Source of the DNA: Eledone cirrhosa
Lineage: Eukaryota
Assembly: GCA_964016885.1 (NCBI GenBank)
Contig: OZ024744.1
Span: 16,616,001-16,680,000 of the forward strand
Direction: 5' to 3'
Length of the DNA: 64,000 bases
A program made the position numbers and the translations under genes. The stretch's first letter is position 1, and every line of letters starts with the position of its first letter. The notes under the pieces are model-generated. The model had not been told where the DNA came from and ran no database searches. It worked only from the letters and a program-made list of their open reading frames with translations. This document shows positions 53,500 to 64,000 of this stretch, in pieces.

Positions 53500-55620
53500 A
53501 AAGTGTACTGTTCACCTGAAGAACGTGTCATGTGTTTACTGTGGTACTGTGTAAAGTGTATTGTTCACATGAAGAATGTGTCCTGTGTTTACTGTAGTAC
53601 TGTGTAAAGTGTACTGTTCACCTGACGAATGTGTCCTGTGTTTACTGTAGTAATGTGTAAAGTGTGCTGTTCAGCTGAAGAATATGTCCTGTGTTTACTG
53701 TGGTACGGTGTAAAGTGTACTGTTCACCTGAAGAATATGTCCCGTGTTTACTGTAGTACTGTGTAAAGTGTACTGTTCACCTGAAGTATGTGTCCTGTGT
53801 TTACTGTAGAACTGTGTAAAGTGTACTGTTCAGCTGAAGAATGTGTCCTGTGTTTACTGTAGTACTGTATAAAGTGTACTGCTCAGCTGAAGAATGTGTC
53901 CTGTGTTTACTGTCGTACTGTGTAAAATGTACTGTTCAGCTGAAAAATGTGTCCTGTGTTTGCTGCAGTACTGTGTAAAGTGTACAGTTCAGCTGAAGAA
54001 TGTGTCCTGTGTTTACTGTAGTACTGTGTAAAGTGTACTGTTCACCTGACGAACGTGTCCTGTGTTTATGGTAGTAATGTGTAAAGTGTACTGTTCACCT
54101 GAAGAATGTGTCCTGTGTTTAATGTAGTACTGTGTAAAGTGTACTGTTCACCTGAAGAATATGTCCGCTGTTTACTGTAGTACTGTGTAAAGTGTATTGT
54201 TCAGCTGAAGAAAGTGTCCTGTGTTTACTGTAGTACTGTGTAAAGTGTACTGTTCACCTGAAGAATGTGTCCTGTGTTTACTGTCGTACTGTGTATAGTG
54301 TACTGTTCACCTGCAGAAAGTGTCCTGTGTTTACTGTAGTAACGTGTAAAGTGTACTGTTCACCTGAAGAATGTGTCCTGTGTTTACTGTAGTACTGTGT
54401 AAAGTGTACTGTTCACCTGAAGAATGTGTCCTGTGTTGACTGTGGTACAGTGTAAAGGGTACTGTTCAGCTGAGGAATGTGTCCTGTGTTTACTGTAGTA
54501 CTGTGTAAAGTGTACTGTTCAGTTGAAGAATGTGTCCTGTGTTTACTGTAGTACTGTGTAAAGTGTACTGTTCACCTGAAGAACGTGTCATGTGTTTACT
54601 GTGGTACTGTGTAAAGTGTATTGTTCACATGAAGAATGTGTCCTGTGTTTACTGTAGTACTGTGTAAAGTGTACTGTTCACCTGACGAATGTGTCCTGTG
54701 TTTACTGTAGTAATGTGTAAAGTGTGCTGTTCAGCTGAAGAATATGTCCTGTGTTTACTGTGGTACGGTGTAAAGTGTACTGTTCACCTGAAGAATATGT
54801 CCCGTGTTTACTGTAGTACTGTGTAAAGTGTACTGTTCACCTGAAGTATGTGTCCTGTGTTTACTGTAGAACTGTGTAAAGTGTACTGTTCAGCTGAAGA
54901 ATGTGTCCTGTGTTTACTGTAGTACTGTATAAAGTGTACTGCTCAGCTGAAGAATGTGTCCTGTGTTTACTGTCGTACTGTGTAAAATGTACTGTTCAGC
55001 TGAAAAATGTGTCCTGTGTTTACTGCAGTACTGTGTAAAGTGTACAGTTCAGCTGAAGAATGTGTCCTGTGTTTACTGTAGTACTGTGTAAAGTGTACTG
55101 TTCACCTGACGAACGTGTCCTGTGTTTATGGTAGTAATGTGTAAAGTGTACTGTTCACCTGAAGAATGTGTCCTGTGTTTAATGTAGTACTGTGTAAAGT
55201 GTACTGTTCACCTGAAGAATATGTCCGCTGTTTACTGTAGTACTGTGTAAAGTGTATTGTTCAGCTGAAGAAAGTGTCCTGTGTTTACTGTAGTACTGTG
55301 TAAAGTGTACTGTTCACCTGAAGAATGTGTCCTGTGTTTACTGTCGTACTGTGTATAGTGTACTGTTCACCTGCAGAAAGTGTCCTGTGTTTACTGTAGT
55401 AACGTGTAAAGTGTACTGTTCACCTGAAGAATGTGTCCTGTGTTTACTGTAGTACTGTGTAAAGTGTACTGTTCACCTGAAGAATGTGTCCTGTGTTGAC
55501 TGTGGTACAGTGTAAAGGGTACTGTTCAGCTGAGGAATGTGTCCTGTGTTTACTGTAGTACTGTGTAAAGTGTACTGTTCAGTTGAAGAATGTGTCCTCT
55601 GTTTACTGTAGTACTGTGTA
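53500..55620 (+). repeat. Tandem duplication of 20 monomers (1060 bp)
   Basis: AACGTGTCATG 53522/54582 and TGCAGAAAG 54312/55372. Both copies share private variants (GTAAAATGTACTG, AATATGTCCGC, GTCGTACTGTGTATAG). Confidence 0.92.
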
Positions 55621-56729
55621 AAGTGTACTGTTCACCTGAAGAAAGTGCCTGTGTTGACTGTAGTACTGTGTAAAGTGTACTGTTCAGCTGAGGAATGTGT
55701 CCTGTGTTTACTGTAGTACTCTGTAAAGTGTACTGTTCAGCTGAGGAATGTGTCCTGTGTTTACTGTAGTACTGTGTAAAGTGTACTATTCACCTGAGGA
55801 ATGTGTCCTGTGTTTACTGTAGTACTGTGTAAAGTGTACTGTTCACCTGAAGAAAGTGTCCTGTGTTTATTGTAGTACTGTGTAAAGTGTACTGTTCACC
55901 TGAAGAATGTGTCCTGTGTTTACTGTAGTACTGTGTAACGTGTACTGTTCACCTGAAGAAAGTGTCCTGTGTTTACTGTAGTAACGTGTAAAGTGTACTG
56001 TTCACCTGAAGAATGTGTCCTGTGTTTACTGTAGTATTGTGTAAAGTGTACTGTTCACCTGAAGAAAGTGTCCTGTGTTTACTGTAGTAACGTGTAAAGT
56101 GTACTGTTCACCTGAAGAATGTGTCCTGTGTTTACTGTAGTACTGTCTAAAGTGTACTGTTCACCTGAAGAAAGTGTCCTGTGTTTATTGTAGTAACGTG
56201 TAAAGTGTACTGTTCACCTGAAGAATGTGTCCTGTGTTTACTGTAGTACTGTGTAAAGTGTACTGTTCACCTGAAGAATGTGTCCTGTGTTTACTGTAGT
56301 ACTGTGTAAAGTGTACTCTTCACCTGAAGAAAGTGTCCTGTGTTTATTGTAGTAACGTGTAAAGTGTACCGTTCACCTGAAGAATGTGTCCTGTGTTTAC
56401 TGTAGTACTGTGTAAAGTGTATTGTTCACCTGAAGAAAGTGTCCTGTGTTTACTGTAGTAACGTGTAAAGTGTACTGTTCACCTGAAGAATGTGTCCTGT
56501 GTTTACTGTAGTACTGTGTAAAGTGTACTGTTCACCTGAAGAAAGTGTCCTGTGTTTATTGTAGTAACGTGTAAAGTGTACTGTTCACCTGAAGAATGTG
56601 TCCTGTGTTTACTGTAGTACTGTGTACAGTGTAATGTTCAGCTGAAGAAAGTGTCCTGTGTTTACTGTAGGACTGTGTAAAGTGTACTGTTCACCTGAAG
56701 AATGTGTACTGTGTTTACTGTAGTACTGT

Positions 56730-59700
56730 GTAAAGTGTACTCTTCACCTGAAGAATGTGTCCTGTGTTTACTGTAGTACTGTGTAAGATGTACTGTTCAG
56801 CTAACTAATGTTCCTGTGTTTACTGTAGTACCGTGTAAAATGTACTCTTCACCTGAAGAATGTGTCCTGTGTTTGCTGCAGTACTGTGTAAAGTGTACCG
56901 TTCAGCTGAACAATGTGTCCTGTGTTTACTGTAGTACTGGGTAGAGTATACTGTTCACCTGAAGAATGTGTCCTGTGTTTACTGTAGTAATGTGTAAAGT
57001 GTACTGTTCACCTGACGAATGTGTCCTGTGTTTACTGTAGTACAGTGTAATGTGTACTGTTCAGCTGAAGAATGTGTCCTGTGTTTACTGTAGTACTGTG
57101 TAAAGTGTACTGTTCACCTGAAGAATGTGTCCTGTGTTTAATGTAGTACTGTCTAAAGTGTACTGTTCACCTGAAGAATGTGTCCAGTGTTTTCTGTAGT
57201 CCTGCGTAAAGTGTACTGTTCACCTGAAGAATGTGTCCTGTGTTTACTGTAGTACTGTGTAAAGTGTAATTTTCACCTGAAGAATGTGTCCTGTGTTTTC
57301 TGTAGTACTGCGTAAAGTGTACTGTTCACGTGAAGAATGTGTCCTGTGTTTACTGTGGTACTGTGTAAAGTGTACTGTTCACCTGAAGAACGTGTCATGT
57401 GTTTACTGTGGTACTGTGTAAAGTGTACTGTTCATCTGAAGAATGTGTCCTGTGTTTACTGTAGTAATGTGTAAAGTGTACTGTTCAGCTGAAGAATGTG
57501 TCCTGTGTTTACTGTAGTACTGTGTAAAGTGTACTGTTGAGCTAACTAATGGTTCCTGTGTTTACTGTAGTACTGTGTAAAGTGTACTTCTCAGCTGAAG
57601 AATGTGTCCTGTGTTTACTGTCGTACTGTGTAAAGTGTACTGTTCAGCTGAAAAATGTGTCCTGTGTTTGCTGCAGTACTGTGTAAAGTGTACTGTTCAG
57701 CTGAAGAATGTGTCCTGTGTTTACTGTAGTACTGTGTAAACTGTACTGTTCACCTGACGAACGTGTTCTGTGTTTATGGTAGTAATGTGTAAAGTGTACT
57801 GTTCACCGGAAGAATGTGTCCTGTGTTTACTCTCGTACTGTGTAGAGTGTACTCTTCAGCTGAAGAAAGTGTCCTGTGTTTGCTGCGGTACTGTGTAAAG
57901 TGTACTGTTCAGCTGAAGAATGTGTCCTGTGTTTACTGTAGTACTGTGTATAGTGTACTGTTCACCTGCAGAAAGTGTCCTGTGTTTACTGTAGTAACGT
58001 GTAAAGTGTACTGTTCACCTGAAGAATGTGTCCTGTGTTTACTGTAGTACTGTGTATAGTGTACTGTTCACCTGCAGAAAGTGTCCTGTGTTTACTGTAG
58101 TAACGTGTAAAGTGTACTGTTCACCTGAAGAATGTGTCCTGTGTTTACTGTAGTACTGTGTAAAGTGTACTGTTCACCTGAAGAATGTGTCCTGTGTTGA
58201 CTGTGGTACAGTGTAAAGGGTACTGTTCAGCTGAGGAATGTGTCCTGTGTTTACTGTAGTACTGTGTAAAGTGTACTGTTCAGTTGAAGAATGTGTCCTG
58301 TGTTTACTGTAGTACTGTGTAAAGTGTACTGTTCACCTGAAGAATGTGTCCTGTGTTTACTGTAGTACTGTGTAAGATGTACTGTTCAGCTAACTAATGT
58401 TCCTGTGTTTACTGTAGTACCGTGTAAAATGTACTCTTCACCTGAAGAATGTGTCCTGTGTTTGCTGCAGTACTGTGTAAAGTGTACCGTTCAGCTGAAC
58501 AATGTGTCCTGTGTTTACTGTAGTACTGGGTAGAGTATACTGTTCACCTGAAGAATGTGTCCTGTGTTTACTGTAGTAATGTGTAAAGTGTACTGTTCAC
58601 CTGACGAATGTGTCCTGTGTTTACTGTAGTACAGTGTAATGTGTACTGTTCAGCTGAAGAATGTGTCCTGTGTTTACTGTAGTACTGTGTAAAGTGTACT
58701 GTTCACCTGAAGAATGTGTCCTGTGTTTAATGTAGTACTGTCTAAAGTGTACTGTTCACCTGAAGAATGTGTCCAGTGTTTTCTGTAGTCCTGCGTAAAG
58801 TGTACTGTTCACCTGAAGAATGTGTCCTGTGTTTACTGTAGTACTGTCTAAAGTGTACTGTTCACCTGAAGAAAGTGTCCTGTGTTTATTGTAGTAACGT
58901 GTAAAGTGTACTGTTCACCTGAAGAATGTGTCCTGTGTTTACTGTAGTACTGTGTAAAGTGTACTGTTCACCTGAAGAATGTGTCCTGTGTTTACTGTAG
59001 TACTGTGTAAGATGTACTGTTCAGCTAACTAATGTTCCTGTGTTTACTGTAGTACCGTGTAAAATGTACTCTTCACCTGAAGAATGTGTCCTGTGTTTGC
59101 TGCAGTACTGTGTAAAGTGTACCGTTCAGCTGAACAATGTGTCCTGTGTTTACTGTAGTACTGGGTAGAGTATACTGTTCACCTGAAGAATGTGTCCTGT
59201 GTTTACTGTAGTAATGTGTAAAGTGTACTGTTCACCTGACGAATGTGTCCTGTGTTTACTGTAGTACAGTGTAATGTGTACTGTTCAGCTGAAGAATGTG
59301 TCCTGTGTTTACTGTAGTACTGTGTAAAGTGTACTGTTCACCTGAAGAATGTGTCCTGTGTTTAATGTAGTACTGTCTAAAGTGTACTGTTCACCTGAAG
59401 AATGTGTCCAGTGTTTTCTGTAGTCCTGCGTAAAGTGTACTGTTCACCTGAAGAATGTGTCCTGTGTTTACTGTAGTACTGTCTAAAGTGTACTGTTCAC
59501 CTGAAGAAAGTGTCCTGTGTTTATTGTAGTAACGTGTAAAGTGTACTGTTCACCTGAAGAATGTGTCCTGTGTTTACTGTAGTACTGTGTACAGTGTAAT
59601 GTTCAGCTGAAGAAAGTGTCCTGTGTTTACTGTAGGACTGTGTAAAGTGTACTGTTCACCTGAAGAATGTGTACTGTGTTTACTGTAGTACTGTGTAAAG

Positions 59701-60340
59701 TGTACTCTTCACCTGAAGAATGTGTCCTGTGTTTACTGTAGTACTGTGTAAGATGTACTGTTCAGCTAACTAATGTTCCTGTGTTTACTGTAGTACCGTG
59801 TAAAATGTACTCTTCACCTGAAGAATGTGTCCTGTGTTTGCTGCAGTACTGTGTAAAGTGTACCGTTCAGCTGAACAATGTGTCCTGTGTTTACTGTAGT
59901 ACTGGGTAGAGTATACTGTTCACCTGAAGAATGTGTCCTGTGTTTACTGTAGTAATGTGTAAAGTGTACTGTTCACCTGACGAATGTGTCCTGTGTTTAC
60001 TGTAGTACAGTGTAATGTGTACTGTTCAGCTGAAGAATGTGTCCTGTGTTTACTGTAGTACTGTGTAAAGTGTACTGTTCACCTGAAGAATGTGTCCTGT
60101 GTTTAATGTAGTACTGTCTAAAGTGTACTGTTCACCTGAAGAATGTGTCCAGTGTTTTCTGTAGTCCTGCGTAAAGTGTACTGTTCACCTGAAGAATGTG
60201 TCCTGTGTTTACTGTAGTACTGTGTAAAGTGTAATTTTCACCTGAAGAATGTGTCCTGTGTTTTCTGTAGTACTGCGTAAAGTGTACTGTTCACGTGAAG
60301 AATGTGTCCTGTGTTTACTGTGGTACTGTGTAAAGTGTAC
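56730..60340 (+). repeat. Local expansion of one cassette (four copies, spacings 30, 12 and 14 monomers)
   Basis: (TAA)GATGTAC marker at 56787, 58376, 59011, 59752 (spacings 1589, 635, 741). All four carry the private variant TGGGTAGAGTATA, whereas copies elsewhere read TGGGTAAAGTATA. Confidence 0.88.
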
Positions 60341-63300
60341 TGTTCAGTTGAAGAATGTGTCCTGTGTTTACTGTAGTACTGTGTAAAGTGTACTGTTCAC
60401 CTGAAGAAAGTGCCTGTGTTGACTGTAGTACTGTGTAAAGTGTACTGTTCAGCTGAGGAATGTGTCCTGTGTTTACTGTAGTACTCTGTAAAGTGTACTG
60501 TTCAGCTGAGGAATGTGTCCTGTGTTTACTGTAGTACTGTGTAAAGTGTACTATTCACCTGAGGAATGTGTCCTGTGTTTACTGTAGTACTGTGTAAAGT
60601 GTACTGTTCACCTGAAGAAAGTGTCCTGTGTTTATTGTAGTACTGTGTAAAGTGTACTGTTCACCTGAAGAATGTGTCCTGTGTTTACTGTAGTACTGTG
60701 TAACGTGTACTGTTCACCTGAAGAAAGTGTCCTGTGTTTACTGTAGTAACGTGTAAAGTGTACTGTTCACCTGAAGAATGTGTCCTGTGTTTACTGTAGT
60801 ACTGTGTAAAGTGTACTGTTCACCTGAAGAAAGTGTCCTGTGTTTACTGTAGTAACGTGTAAAGTGTACTGTTCACCTGAAGAATGTGTCCTGTGTTTAC
60901 TGTAGTACTGTCTAAAGTGTACTGTTCACCTGAAGAAAGTGTCCTGTGTTTATTGTAGTAACGTGTAAAGTGTACTGTTCACCTGAAGAATGTGTCCTGT
61001 GTTTACTGTAGTACTGTGTAAAGTGTACTGTTCACCTGAAGAATGTGTCCTGTGTTTACTGTAGTACTGTGTAAAGTGTACTGTTCACCTGAAGAAAGTG
61101 TCCTGTGTTTATTGTAGTAACGTGTAAAGTGTACCGTTCACCTGAAGAATGTGTCCTGTGTTTACTGTAGTACTGTGTAAAGTGTACTGTTCACCTGAAG
61201 AAAGTGTCCTGTGTTTACTGTAGTAACGTGTAAAGTGTACTGTTCACCTGAAGAATGTGTCCTGTGTTTACTGTAGTACTGTGTAAAGTGTACTGTTCAC
61301 CTGAAGAATGTGTCCTGTGTTTACTGTAGTACTGTGTAAAGTGTACTGTTCACCTGAAGAAAGTGTCCTGTGTTTATTGTAGTAACTTGTAAAGTGTACT
61401 GTTCACCTGAAAAATGTGTCCTGTGTTTACTGTAGTACTGTCTAAAGTGTACTGTTCACCTGAAGAAAGTGTCCTGTGTTTATTGTAGTAACGTGTAAAG
61501 TGTACTGTTCACCTGAAGAATGTGTCCTGTGTTTACTGTAGTACTGTGTACAGTGTAATGTTCAGCTGAAGAAAGTGTCCTGTGTTTACTGTAGGACTGT
61601 GTAAAGTGTACTGTTCACCTGAAGAATGTGTACTGTGTTTACTGTAGTACTGTGTAAAGTGTACTCTTCACCTGAAGAATGTGTCCTGTGTTTACTGTAG
61701 TACTGTGTAAGATGTACTGTTCAGCTAACTAATGTTCCTGTGTTTACTGTAGTACCGTGTAAAATGTACTCTTCACCTGAAGAATGTGTCCTGTGTTTGC
61801 TGCAGTACTGTGTAAAGTGTACCGTTCAGCTGAACAATGTGTCCTGTGTTTACTGTAGTACTGGGTAAAGTATACTGTTCACCTGAAGAATGTGTCCTGT
61901 GTTTACTGTAGTAATGTGTAAAGTGTACTGTTCACCTGACGAATGTGTCCTGTGTTTACTGTAGTACAGTGTAATGTGTACTGTTCAGCTGAAGAATGTG
62001 TCCTGTGTTTACTGTAGTACTGTGTAAAGTGTACTGTTCACCTGAAGAATGTGTCCTGTGTTTAATGTAGTACTCTGTAAAGTGTACTGTTCACCTGAAG
62101 AATGTGTCCAGTGTTTTCTGTAGTCCTGCGTAAAGTGTACTGTTCACCTGAAGAATGTGTCCTGTGTTTACTGTAGTACTGTGTAAAGTGTAATTTTCAC
62201 CTGAAGAATGTGTCCTGTGTTTTCTGTAGTACTGCGTAAAGTGTACTGTTCACGTGAAGAATGTGACCTGTGTTTACTGTGGTACTGTGTAAAGTGTACT
62301 GTTCACCTGAAGAACGTGTCATGTGTTTACTGTGGTACTGTGTAAAGTGTACTGTTCATCTGAAGAATGTGTCCTGTGTTTACTGTAGTAATGTGTAAAG
62401 TGTACTGTTCAGCTGAAGAATGTGTCCTGTGTTTACTGTAGTACTGTGTAAAGTGTACTGTTGAGCTAACTAATGGTTCCTGTGTTTACTGTAGTACTGT
62501 GTAAAGTGTACTGCTCAGCTGAAGAATGTGTCCTGTGTTTACTGTCGTACTGTGTAAAGTGTACTGTTCAGCTGAAAAATGTGTCCTGTGTTTGCTGCAG
62601 TACTGTGTAAAGTGTACTGTTCAGCTGAAGAATGTGTCCTGTGTTTACTGTAGTACTGTGTAAACTGTACTGTTCACCTGACGAACGTGTCCTGTGTTTA
62701 TGGTAGTAATGTGTAAAGTGTACTGTTCACCGGAAGAATGTGTCCTGTGTTTACTCTCGTACTGTGTAGAGTGTACTCTTCAGCTGAAGAAAGTGTCCTG
62801 TGTTTGCTGCAGTACTGTGTAAAGTGTACTGTTCAGCTGAAGAATGTCTCCTGTGTTTACTGTAGTACTGTGTAAAGTGTACTGTTCTCCTGAAGAATAT
62901 GTCCCGTGTTTACTGTAGTACTGTGTAAAGTGTACTCTTCACCTGAAGAATGTGTCCTGTGTTTACTGTAGTACTGTGTAAAGTGTACTGTTCACCTGAA
63001 GAATGTGTCCTGTGTCTACTGTAGTACTGTGTAAAGTATAATGCACAGCTGAAGAAAGTGTCCTGTGTTTACTGTAGTACTGTGTAAAATTTACTGTTCA
63101 CCTGAAGAATGTGTACTGTGTTTACGGTAGTACTGTGTAAAGTGTACTCTTCACCTGAAGAATGTGTCCTGTGTTTACTGTAGTACTGTGTAAAGTGTAC
63201 TGTTCACCTGAAGAATGTATCCTGTGTTTACTGTTTTACTGTGGTACTGTGTAAAGCGTATTGTTCAGCTGAAGGATGTGTCCTGTGTTTACTGTAGTAC

Positions 63301-64000
63301 TGTGTAACATGTACTGTTCAGCTAACTAATGGTTCCTGTGTTTACTGTAGTACTGTGTAAAGTGTACTGTTCACCTGAAGAATGTGTCCTGTGTTTACTG
63401 TCGTACTGTGTAAAGTGTACTCTTCACCTGAAGAATGTGTCCTGTGTTTGCTGCAGTACTGTGTAAAGTGTACTGTTCACCTGACGAATGTGTCCTGTGT
63501 TTACTGTAGTACTGTGTAATGTGTACTGTTCAGCTGAAGAATGTGTCCTGTGTTTACTGTAGTACTGTGTAAAGTGTACTCTTCACCTGAATAATGTGTC
63601 CTGTGTTTACTGTAGTAATGTGTAAAGTGTACAGTTAACCTGAAGAATGTGTCCTGTGTTTACTGTGGTACTGTGTAAAGTGTACTGTTCACCTGAAGAA
63701 TGTGTCCTGTGTTTACTGTAGTAATGTGTAAAGTGTACTGTTCACCTGAAGAATATGTCCTGTGTTTACTGTAGTACTGTGTAAAGTGTACTGTTCATCT
63801 GAAGAATATGTCCTGTGTTTACTGTAGTACTGTGTAAAGTATAATGTTTAGCTGAAGAAAGTGTCCTGTGTTTACTGTAGTACTGTGTAAAGTGTACTGT
63901 TCACCTGAAGAATGTGTCCTGTGTTTACTGTGGTACTGTGTAAAGTGTACTGTTCACCTGAAGAAAGTGTCCTGTGTTTACTGTAGTAACGTGTAAAGTG

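Larger units (their letters stand above)
1..64000 (+). repeat. 53-bp satellite DNA tandem array (about 1205 full monomers + 40 bp), single orientation, extends beyond both window ends
   Basis: Unit AAGAATGTGTCCTGTGTTTACTGTAGTACTGTGTAAAGTGTACTGTTCACCTG occupies 1-53 and restarts at 54. The last unit starts at 63961. Manual tally of 15 8-bp insertions and 25 1-bp deletions gives 63960-95 = 1205 x 53 exactly, leaving no room for foreign inserts. Most monomers differ from consensus by 0-3 substitutions. Confidence 0.99.

Noticed and set aside
57814-58047. 77-aa Cys/Val-rich ORF
   Set aside because: Same satellite read-through, created by a junction between variant cassettes.
1-64000. CRISPR array
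   Set aside because: Monomers abut directly with no unique spacers, and there is no leader or cas gene.
1-64000. Telomeric repeat, alpha satellite/CENP-B box, tRNA- or 5S-derived repeat, transposon insertion or inversion
   Set aside because: There are no G-run telomere units, no TTCG...CGGG CENP-B box and no recognisable Pol III boxes or cloverleaf. The monomer register is fully accounted for by small indels, and no reverse-orientation units were seen.

Overview
The whole 64 kb window is a single, uninterrupted, head-to-tail satellite DNA array of a 53-bp monomer (consensus AAGAATGTGTCCTGTGTTTACTGTAGTACTGTGTAAAGTGTACTGTTCACCTG; 21/53 G+C, no CpG, 10 TpG versus 1 CpA on the + strand). By manual count it holds about 1205 full copies plus a 40-bp partial copy, all in the same orientation. 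I found no genes, RNA genes, transposon insertions or CRISPR spacers, and the two ORFs supplied are read-throughs of the repeat. The information lies in the variant pattern. Recurrent diagnostic monomers form ordered cassettes that are duplicated at many scales: 2, 3, 6, 12, 14, 20, 58/64, 71 and 109 monomers, with a loose macro-unit of about 6.6 kb. This is a nested, still-evolving higher-order repeat structure typical of eukaryotic heterochromatic or (peri)centromeric satellites. The monomer itself is built from TACTGT sub-repeats and short dyads, and carries an exact forkhead motif (TGTTTAC), a polymorphic E-box (CANNTG) and a CTGANGA box. The organism and any function cannot be determined from the sequence, and I see no direct evidence of a new protein-coding system.
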